Positions 49,715 through 56,557 of a stretch of 56,557 nt of DNA are shown here, piece after piece. The notes below the pieces were generated by a model that saw only the letters and a list, made by a program, of their open reading frames with translations, was not told the origin of the DNA and did not search any database. Source of the DNA: Candidatus Thorarchaeota archaeon SMTZ1-45 (GTDB lineage Archaea; Asgardarchaeota; Thorarchaeia; Thorarchaeales; Thorarchaeaceae); contig LRSL01000029.1 of NCBI GenBank assembly GCA_001563335.1, positions 1-56,557 of the forward strand, written 5' to 3'. Within the stretch, counting starts at the first letter, position 1, and every line of letters starts with the position of its first letter. The translations under genes and the position numbers were made by a program.

Positions 49715-49951
49715 GGCAGCGTCCCTACCTTATTTTCCCGGCGAGACCTACAAAAGTAAGTAGGCTCTTGAAAGAAATCTCGTATAGGTGATATAAGCCT
49801 TGGGGAGCTGATAAAAAAGCATAGTATCATGGAGTCTGCCACGCAGAACGTCATGGAAAGTTTTCCTGAAGATGGCGCGCTTCCCACGTAGTAAGGTTTA
49901 ACAAGGTTTAACAAGAAGACACGCAGGAAGAATATGGCCAAAAGGTCTTGA

Positions 49952-50263
49952 ATGGGGAATGAATTATTGCCTCATGGCATACGAAGAATGGTTCTTGATG
50001 TGTTAAAACCTCACAGCCCGAGACTTACTGACCTTGCCTTAATGCTTTCGCGCAATGACCGTGTCACAGGGCTGAACATTACACTAAAAGAGGTTGATCA
50101 GAATACCGAGAGTATAACAATAACATTAGAGGGTGATGATCTCGTTTATGATTCGATTAAGGAGATCCTTGAGCAGGCGGGTGCCGTAATTCACTCAATA
50201 GACCAAGTTGTCGCAGGTAGACGGTTTGTTGAAGAAGTCACATTGCAACCAGAGAACTCCTAG
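49952..50263 (+). CDS. DUF211 family protein
   Basis: IRRMVLDVLKPH and GAVIHSIDQVVAG motifs. Confidence 0.88.
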   Translation: MGNELLPHGIRRMVLDVLKPHSPRLTDLALMLSRNDRVTGLNITLKEVDQNTESITITLEGDDLVYDSIKEILEQAGAVIHSIDQVVAGRRFVEEVTLQPENS

Positions 50264-50268
50264 GAAAG

Positions 50269-50886
50269 TCATTCACGTCGAGAGAGCTGATCACTCAGTT
50301 TCTTGCTCTCTTCCTCAATCTTACGTCGTACAAGATTATGGACATCTTGTTCGAAAATAGTTGGTACAATCTTCACAACATTGCATAGTCTATCAACGAT
50401 ACTATCAGCAAGTTTAGTATATGATGCAGGACTACCAGAAACAATTCCTCGAACAACCACTTCACCTACACTAGAACTAACAACAGAGTTGACAACACTT
50501 GCTATGATTCCTTGAGGGTCCATAAAGAAGGGGAGATGTGCATTATCATGAAGAGTTGTGAATCCTAGTTTTTCAACAATACTGTCAGTGTACCACTCGA
50601 GGCTGGATTCTTTCATCCGCAATTTACTTGCGAACTCTGTTTTGGTGAGTGGATTGGGATAACTCCATGGATGTCTAGTCACCATGTACAATGCGGCTCC
50701 AAAGAAGGGGTCAACCTCTCTAGGGACACCTTCCTTTGATACAAATCGGCGTACAAGATCGAGTGCCATGGTTTCATAACGTTCATCGATTTTGTTTTCC
50801 ATGAAGAACTCATGAGCGTCACGTACAACTCTGACGATTATTTGTGGACTCACCGCCAAATGTTCATCGTCAAAGTGTGTAACCAT
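50269..50886 (-). CDS. Hypothetical protein with a single TFB-like cyclin repeat
   Basis: ATG 50886 with a GGAGG RBS. The segment ALDLVRR...GAALY...TKTEFA...IVEKLG aligns by eye with the TFB C-terminal repeat. Confidence 0.65.
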   Translation of the reverse strand: MVTHFDDEHLAVSPQIIVRVVRDAHEFFMENKIDERYETMALDLVRRFVSKEGVPREVDPFFGAALYMVTRHPWSYPNPLTKTEFASKLRMKESSLEWYTDSIVEKLGFTTLHDNAHLPFFMDPQGIIASVVNSVVSSSVGEVVVRGIVSGSPASYTKLADSIVDRLCNVVKIVPTIFEQDVHNLVRRKIEEESKKLSDQLSRRE

Positions 50887-51006
50887 TGCCTCCGCTCCAA
50901 AATTTCTCCTGAACAAAGCGTAGCTTAAAGTCCTTTGGTTATCTCGCAGTATTTGACTCTTTTGCAATAGAAGACGAGGTCAGTTCTGTCCGCGCCAATT
51001 TTCGCA

Positions 51007-51591
51007 TTATCTTGCTCGGTAGATTTTTTCCAGTGTCCATCTGAGAGTGCGCTGTATCTCTCCTAGTCTGGATTCATCACCAAAGTTCGTGATAATAATC
51101 TCATCAAGAATCTTATCTTCTGATTTCACTTCAAAATCAAAAGCATCATCCCATTCAATCTCTTTATTCTCGACACGATGACGATCTTCCTGCTGGAACT
51201 TGCCAAGAATGTCCTGAACAAAGAATCTGGCAAAGGCACCACGGGTGATATTATATACTGCATGATCTGCAGGGATAATTCTAAGACTGTTTTCAATAAC
51301 CTCAATGGTTGCAAGTTCCAGATCGCCAGGTTTATTCAACACAATAATATTACGGGGCTCACCTGTTGCAGCTAAAGTTTCTGTGGGAGTCATCTCAGGA
51401 GCAATAACAGATGCTTCCATAGCTACGTCCGCAGTGGCAAAACTGCCTTTTCCAATTGTTGAGTCCAATGCTTGAATGAACTCTTCAAGTTGCTCAACTC
51501 TCTCTCTTAATCGGTCCAGTTCTTCTCCAAGCTGAGTTCGTAATTCTAGCAAGACACGAATTTGGGGGTCTGACACTACATACACCAACAT
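51007..51591 (-). CDS. Hypothetical protein with N-terminal coiled coil
   Basis: Likely start is ATG 51591 or GTG 51576; heptad-rich N-terminus; ends LRWTLEK. Confidence 0.7.
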   Translation of the reverse strand: MLVYVVSDPQIRVLLELRTQLGEELDRLRERVEQLEEFIQALDSTIGKGSFATADVAMEASVIAPEMTPTETLAATGEPRNIIVLNKPGDLELATIEVIENSLRIIPADHAVYNITRGAFARFFVQDILGKFQQEDRHRVENKEIEWDDAFDFEVKSEDKILDEIIITNFGDESRLGEIQRTLRWTLEKIYRAR

Positions 51592-51709
51592 ATCATGCGG
51601 ACACTCTGAAGAGGAGTCCACTAGTATATGTTTGATTGTATTATTAGAACTCCTAGAAGTAAGGTTCTCTCGGAGTTGTTGAGTGACCAAGATGAGTTGA
51701 AAGAAGAAA

Positions 51710-51934
51710 CTAATCTTCAATCTCAGCTACTGAAATGGCAAAATCAGGACATTCCAGTTCGCACAATTTACAGAGTTTACAAGCCTCAATATCCACAATT
51801 TTTGGGAGAAAGAAGCCTCGATTGTCAACCACTTCTGATTTCTTCAAGACTCCATGTGGACAAACGGAGATGCAAATGTGGCAGCCCTTGCACAGCTTTG
51901 GGTCGACAATGATTGCTTTTGCTGTCTTTGTCAC
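51710..51934 (-). CDS. 2x[4Fe-4S] ferredoxin (KorD/delta-subunit-like)
   Basis: CKGCHICISVCP and CKLCKLCELECPDFAI. GTG 51934 is the likely start. Confidence 0.88.
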   Translation of the reverse strand: MTKTAKAIIVDPKLCKGCHICISVCPHGVLKKSEVVDNRGFFLPKIVDIEACKLCKLCELECPDFAISVAEIED

Positions 51935-52052
51935 AGTGTAATTCTCCGAATTCACCCGCATTCTAATAGTCATATAACGATATTCATCAGAACCCATAGA
52001 GCGAGCATTATATACAGTCGGACATGACTCTTTTGTAGTAGGTGAATGCTGA

Positions 52053-52766
52053 TTGAAACCATTCTTAGTGTTCATGTGTTCAAAGTGCCGCAATTTTACA
52101 AATGCTCCAGTAGGTCAGAAACACAGGAGATGTAGCTATTGTGGGACTATCATTGACATTGCAAAAGCATCTTCTGCTCTCTTCGACTCGCCTGAAATGG
52201 CATCAAAGGCAGTAAAGGAGTTCAATGCATCAAGGGGGGGAGATGAATTTGAGAAGGCAGTTGAGAGATCTAGGGAACGGGTATTAGCACTCCTCCCAAA
52301 AGAAAGGCTGAGTGTTGAAGCGCTTTCAAGCAAGAGCGAAATATCTAAACTACCAGGAAAGCAAAAGCGACTGATGCAACTCCTCCACAAAGAGGCAAGG
52401 TCAAAACCAAGTTCTTTGAGTCGAATAGAGGAGCTATGTCAGGACTATGAACTAGAGTGGAGTTGGGTACAGAGCCAACTTGAGAAACTGGCAAATAACG
52501 GAATACTAATCTTCCCCAGACCTTGGTCAGTCCAACTTGTAGTCAAGGAAGATATACCAAAGCCTGAACAAACCACAAGCAGAGATGTCACAAATGAGAT
52601 TCTTGTACTTCTTCAAGGAGCTGAGAAGATGCTGAGAGTTATTGACATCATTAATAGCTTGAAAAACAAAGGAGTGTCTGAGAAGGTCATAGAAACCTCA
52701 CTTGAGAAATTAATGCAAAGAGGAGAGATATTTGAACCTAAGAGTGGTTATATCAGCATGGTATGA
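52053..52766 (+). CDS. Zinc-ribbon (DUF1922-like) protein with C-terminal winged helices
   Basis: CSKC...CSYC, followed by two wHTH-like ends (LEKLANNGILIFP and LEKLMQRGEIFEP). Confidence 0.65.
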   Translation: MKPFLVFMCSKCRNFTNAPVGQKHRRCSYCGTIIDIAKASSALFDSPEMASKAVKEFNASRGGDEFEKAVERSRERVLALLPKERLSVEALSSKSEISKLPGKQKRLMQLLHKEARSKPSSLSRIEELCQDYELEWSWVQSQLEKLANNGILIFPRPWSVQLVVKEDIPKPEQTTSRDVTNEILVLLQGAEKMLRVIDIINSLKNKGVSEKVIETSLEKLMQRGEIFEPKSGYISMV

Positions 52767-52806
52767 GGGTTTCGATTAGTTGAATAGTGCTTAGGCCTAT
52801 AGGAAT

Positions 52807-53205
52807 ATGAGAATAATGCCAATCGTGGAGCTAGTGGCTAAAAAGACATTGGAGCGTAATCCAGACATAGGTCTCGATGTAGTGGACCTCATAGTTCTAC
52901 TCTGGATGTATTCGAATCCCTATGATAATAACCGCCGTCAGCTTAGCTCTATGCGAACGGTTCTCAGAATGTCAGAAACTCTCCAAATTCCTGGTGGTGG
53001 ACTTGATGTCACTGAGGATGAGCTTACACAGATAGTACTTGGTAGTCTTCAAAAGCTCAAGAACAAAGGACTTGTCTATATTCGTTCAGCGGGAGTTCAT
53101 TTCGTGAAAGGAACTTTAACTGACACAGGGGTTAATCTCGTGAAGAGGCTAGTTAAGACGCCAGTCTTGAGACGCGTCACTGCAGAATTCGGAAACAATC
53201 CCTAG
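52807..53205 (+). CDS. Hypothetical protein, winged-helix-like
   Basis: LQKLKNKGLV...LTDTG wing motif. Confidence 0.6.
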   Translation: MRIMPIVELVAKKTLERNPDIGLDVVDLIVLLWMYSNPYDNNRRQLSSMRTVLRMSETLQIPGGGLDVTEDELTQIVLGSLQKLKNKGLVYIRSAGVHFVKGTLTDTGVNLVKRLVKTPVLRRVTAEFGNNP

Positions 53206-53234
53206 TTTTTTGTGAGTAAATTCGGACAAGTGAC

Positions 53235-53246
53235 AACGTTTAAATG
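53235..53246 (+). promoter_or_regulatory. Putative BRE/TATA of the ribosomal protein operon
   Basis: AACGTTTAAATG, downstream of a T-tract terminator at 53207-53212 and about 205 nt upstream of rpl22. Confidence 0.5.
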
Positions 53247-53449
53247 CAAAACTATTCCGAAACCGAATTGCTGCTCATGGAGACAGCTGTTTCAGAACCA
53301 ATGGAAGCAGTGCAGACAACTAGTTCTGCTCGCGAGAACAGTCTGCAGACGTGTGCCAGTAGGGTCTGGAGTGGCTTGTAGAGCACAATGAAGACTTTGC
53401 AGCTTACAATGTAGGCTAGATGAAGTCCATATAGCGGAAGTGAGGCATT

Positions 53450-53914
53450 ATGCCATCATATGGATACTCAGTCATAGGCATTGACCCGGATAGGACGGCT
53501 ATAGCTAGTGGAAGAAATATGCGGGTTTCACCAAAACAATGCAGAGAAGTCTGCAATCATATTCAAGGAATGATGCTAGACAAGGCAATCGATTTACTGG
53601 AATTAGTAATCGAAGAAAAAGCTTGGATTCCATATAGGCGCCATAGGAAAAAGCGTGGACATCATCCTGGTATGAAGAAGTGGCCTGCTGGAGGGCATCC
53701 TGTGAAAGCCTCGGAACACATTTTGAAGGTCTTGAAAAATGCAGAGGCAAATGCAGACAGCAAAGGGCTTGATATCGACCGTCTAAGGATTTCTCATGCT
53801 GCAACACAGCAAGGTCGAACCTACAAGAAGTACATAGAACGAGCATTTGGTCGAAGTACACCGTACTTTGAGAAGACCTCTCATGTAGAGATCATATTGG
53901 AAGAGGTGGGTTAA
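53450..53914 (+). CDS. rpl22: 50S ribosomal protein uL22
   Basis: VSPKQCREVC, NAEANA, RAFGRS, SHVEIIL. Confidence 0.96.
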   Translation: MPSYGYSVIGIDPDRTAIASGRNMRVSPKQCREVCNHIQGMMLDKAIDLLELVIEEKAWIPYRRHRKKRGHHPGMKKWPAGGHPVKASEHILKVLKNAEANADSKGLDIDRLRISHAATQQGRTYKKYIERAFGRSTPYFEKTSHVEIILEEVG

Positions 53915-54829
53915 ATGTCAGCTGTCAAATACTTCATAGAACAGAACTCCCGTAGACTGGCTATTGATGAGTTCCTTTCCAATGAACTCAATGCTGCAGG
54001 GTATGGGGGAGTAGAGATTCGAAAGATGCCAATGAAATCAGAGGTTGTCATTCACGCCTCTAGACCTGGTGTGGTCATTGGTCGTCGTGGTGCAAAGATA
54101 AGAGAACTGACCTATATTCTAGAGAATGAGTTTGGTATAGAGAATGTCCAGCTTGAAGTGAGTGAGATTGAGAATCCGTGGCTGGATGCAGCGGTGATGG
54201 CATCGCGATTAGCTAGGCAACTAGAGAGAGGTGTCCGCTTTAGAAGAATGGCGTATTGGATTCTTAGACGTGTGATGAGAGCTGGAGCGTTGGGCTGTGA
54301 GATAATTGTCAAAGGGAAGCTTTCAAGTCGAAGGGCACGATATCAAAAGTTCAAGCAGGGGAATATTGCTAAGACAGGAGAACCAGCTGATGCCTTTGTT
54401 GACCATGCTAACGATATGGCAGTTCTGAAACCAGGTGTTATTGGCATAACTGTCCGTATCATGAAACCAGAGTCAAAAGTTCCAGGTGTCATTCATATTA
54501 AACCTCCAAAGCCTAAGAAGAAGGAAGAGATTGAGCTATTAAAGAAGCCTGAAGAAGAAGAGTTGGTTGAGCAGGTAGAGGTGGTTGAGGAAGCCCTTGA
54601 AGGAATCACTGACATTGATGAATTGCGTGAATTAGAGGAGCTTGATGGACTCGAGTTAGTAGATGAACCTCTTGAAGCTGAGAAAATGGCTGAACCTGAA
54701 CCAGAAGAAGAAGTGGAATCAAAAGAAGAGGAAACTGAGTCAGAGGATATAGCTGAAGAGGTTGATGGAGAAAAGATTCTGGAAGATCTCAAGGAATTGG
54801 ATTCTCTAGATGAGGGAGGTGCGGAGTAA
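53915..54829 (+). CDS. rps3: 30S ribosomal protein uS3 with long acidic tail
   Basis: RPGVVIGRRG KH domain, GCEIIVKGKL, KPGVIGI. Confidence 0.96.
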   Translation: MSAVKYFIEQNSRRLAIDEFLSNELNAAGYGGVEIRKMPMKSEVVIHASRPGVVIGRRGAKIRELTYILENEFGIENVQLEVSEIENPWLDAAVMASRLARQLERGVRFRRMAYWILRRVMRAGALGCEIIVKGKLSSRRARYQKFKQGNIAKTGEPADAFVDHANDMAVLKPGVIGITVRIMKPESKVPGVIHIKPPKPKKKEEIELLKKPEEEELVEQVEVVEEALEGITDIDELRELEELDGLELVDEPLEAEKMAEPEPEEEVESKEEETESEDIAEEVDGEKILEDLKELDSLDEGGAE

Positions 54830-55041
54830 TGCCAGGACTTAATGCAAAAGAGATTAGAAAATTGACTCCTGCAGAACGTCAGAAGAAGTTGGAGGAGCTA
54901 TATAATGAGATGTCCACCATTAGAATCGAGTCAGCTACTGGCGGAGGCACTGAGAATCCATATAGGATTCGCAACGTGAGGAAAGCAATCGCCCGCATTC
55001 TCACTATTCAACATGAAGAGGAGCTGAATTCAACAGAATGA
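54829..55041 (+). CDS. rpl29: 50S ribosomal protein uL29
   Basis: ENPYRIRNVRKAIARILT. Confidence 0.95.
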   Translation: MPGLNAKEIRKLTPAERQKKLEELYNEMSTIRIESATGGGTENPYRIRNVRKAIARILTIQHEEELNSTE

Positions 55042-55322
55042 CAATCACTCCTCAGAATATCCTAAGGCATGAGCTTGTGGGTCTACCAACACATATTGTT
55101 GAATCGAAGGACCCCAGCCATGTGTGCAAAGAGGGAATCATTCTATCTGAATCAAAAGAGATGATTCGAATTGGCACAGCTCGGGGTACAATTTCGATTC
55201 CTAAGGGAATCTGTGTCTTTGATTTGACTCTTCCTGATAGTGTGGTAGTCCGAATTAATGGAGAACTACTCAGAGGAAGACCGGAGGACAGGATAAAGAA
55301 ACGTTTCAATAGGAGTTGGTGA
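55038..55322 (+). CDS. rnp1: Ribonuclease P protein component 1 (Rpp29)
   Basis: NILRHELVGL, IPK and RPEDRIK motifs; conserved operon position. Confidence 0.93.
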   Translation: MTITPQNILRHELVGLPTHIVESKDPSHVCKEGIILSESKEMIRIGTARGTISIPKGICVFDLTLPDSVVVRINGELLRGRPEDRIKKRFNRSW

Positions 55323-55324
55323 TT

Positions 55325-55693
55325 ATGGCTGCAACCAAGAATAAAGTTCGTAACATTGGTATTCCAAATGTGGAGCCTCCTGAGAAGATCTGTGATGATA
55401 GAAACTGTCCATTTCATGGTAATCTTTCAGTCAGAGGTCGTGTCATGGAGGGAACTGTCACAAGTACTAGAATGCACAAAGCAATCGTCTTTCAAACTGA
55501 TTATCTCAGTCTAATCAAAAAGTACGCACGATATGAGCGTCGTAGATCGAAGAAATTAGCGCACCTACCTCCTTGTATTGAAGCAAACGTGGGAGACACA
55601 GTAAAAGTTGTGGAATGCCGCCCACTGAGCAAGAATATTGCAAGTGTGGTTGTAGCAGTCACGCCAGCAGAAGAAGGAGCAAAGGAGGAATAG
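55325..55693 (+). CDS. rps17: 30S ribosomal protein uS17
   Basis: CDDRNCPFHG, KYARYERRRS, ECRPLSK. Confidence 0.96.
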   Translation: MAATKNKVRNIGIPNVEPPEKICDDRNCPFHGNLSVRGRVMEGTVTSTRMHKAIVFQTDYLSLIKKYARYERRRSKKLAHLPPCIEANVGDTVKVVECRPLSKNIASVVVAVTPAEEGAKEE

Positions 55694-55696
55694 TTT

Positions 55697-56119
55697 GTGT
55701 CAAGAAAAGTTGGAAGAGGAATAAGAAAATTCATCCCTCGTATTGCTAGAGGACTCCCAATCGGTGCTAGGCTTTTGTGCACTGATAATTCTGGAGCTAA
55801 AGAACTGCAACTGATCACTGTCTACGGTTACAAAGGCAAATTGCGAAAGCTCGGTAAGGCTGGAATTGGTGACATGGTAAATGTGTCTGTCACAAAGGGC
55901 AAACAAGAATTGCGTAAACAGGTGCTTCAAGCAATCATTGTGCGTCAGAGAAAACCATACAGGAGACCAGATGGCACTTGGATGCAGTTCGAGGATAACG
56001 CAGCAGTCCTGGTAAAACCAGGAGGTGAACCACAGGGATCCGAACTTAGAGGGCCTATGGCAAGAGAGGTCACTCTGAAATGGCCAAGAGTCGCTGCTAT
56101 CGCGTCAAAGATTGTGTGA
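55697..56119 (+). CDS. rpl14: 50S ribosomal protein uL14
   Basis: DNSGAK, IVRQRKPYRRPDG, FEDNAAV. Confidence 0.97.
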   Translation: MSRKVGRGIRKFIPRIARGLPIGARLLCTDNSGAKELQLITVYGYKGKLRKLGKAGIGDMVNVSVTKGKQELRKQVLQAIIVRQRKPYRRPDGTWMQFEDNAAVLVKPGGEPQGSELRGPMAREVTLKWPRVAAIASKIV

Positions 56120-56130
56120 AGGTGTGTGTG

Positions 56131-56520
56131 ATGGTAAAGAAACCTGTATCAAGATCTCCAAGGAAACAACGCAGGCGTGTACAGACTGCGTCTTTGCACG
56201 AGCGTAAGAACATGCTCAAGTGTAGGCTTGATGAGTTCCTTCAGGAGGAGTATGGCCTACGTTCGCTAGTTGTGAAGAAAGGAGATCTTGTCAAAATCAT
56301 GAGGGGTCAGTTTCGCGACACTGAAGGCAAGGTCACCAGTGTTAGCTACAAGAGAGGTGTAGTCTTTCTTGACAATACAACAATCACAAAGGCAGATGGA
56401 AAGGAATCAGCTGTTCCAATGCATGCATCGAACCTTATGCTTGTGAAGTTGGAGTTAGATGATGAGAGGAAGGCGCTGATAGAGAGAAAAATGATGAAAA
56501 TCGTGGAGAGTGAGGAATAA
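56131..56520 (+). CDS. rpl24: 50S ribosomal protein uL24
   Basis: PRKQR, KGDLVKIMRG (KOW) and HASN motifs; ATG 56131. Confidence 0.95.
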   Translation: MVKKPVSRSPRKQRRRVQTASLHERKNMLKCRLDEFLQEEYGLRSLVVKKGDLVKIMRGQFRDTEGKVTSVSYKRGVVFLDNTTITKADGKESAVPMHASNLMLVKLELDDERKALIERKMMKIVESEE

Positions 56521-56557
56521 TGGCGAGAAGAGGTCAAAAGAAACACTTGAAACGACT
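56520..56557 (+). CDS. rps4e: 30S ribosomal protein eS4, N-terminal fragment at the window edge
   Basis: MARRGQKKHLKR overlaps the rpl24 stop (TAATG); expected operon position. Confidence 0.9.
   Translation, partial: MARRGQKKHLKR

Noticed and set aside
1-56557. CRISPR arrays, IS/transposases, integrases, prophage, rRNA
   Set aside because: No repeat-spacer arrays, terminal inverted repeats or relevant protein motifs were seen. The only long repeat is the CLC duplication.

Overview
Gene-dense archaeal chromosomal window. The gene content points to an Asgard archaeon, probably Thorarchaeota-like (inference): archaeal/eukaryote-type selenocysteine machinery, a roadblock protein, GGGP synthase, two TFBs, Rpo12 and archaeal r-proteins. 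From left to right: (1) a W/Mo-pterin redox cluster with two AOR-family enzymes, tandem CLC-CBS transporters, a PreA/DHOD-like flavoprotein, MoaD, a cyclic amidohydrolase and a ferredoxin; (2) leuS and several surface or hypothetical genes; (3) tfb, then a compact Sec locus in which pstk converges on selB-sepsecS-unknown gene-tRNA(Sec); (4) mixed housekeeping genes (endA, uppP, GET3/ArsA, rpo12, sui1, tfb, map, roadblock, GGGPS); (5) hdrA-mvhD fusion, hdrC, hdrB, mobA, hypD; (6) a ribosomal protein operon from rpl22 to rps4e. Features missing from the ORF track that I read from the sequence are tRNA(Sec), rpo12, two micro-membrane proteins, the rps4e start and several structured intergenic RNAs. 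The best leads are the uncharacterised gene inside the Sec operon, a GET3-like ATPase followed by a tail-anchor-like microprotein, a stand-alone TFB cyclin-repeat protein, a hairpin RNA with an 11x11 bubble upstream of tfb, and a long structured leader on the r-protein operon. I found no selenoprotein gene, CRISPR array, rRNA or mobile element. All product calls come from motif recognition by eye, without database searches.
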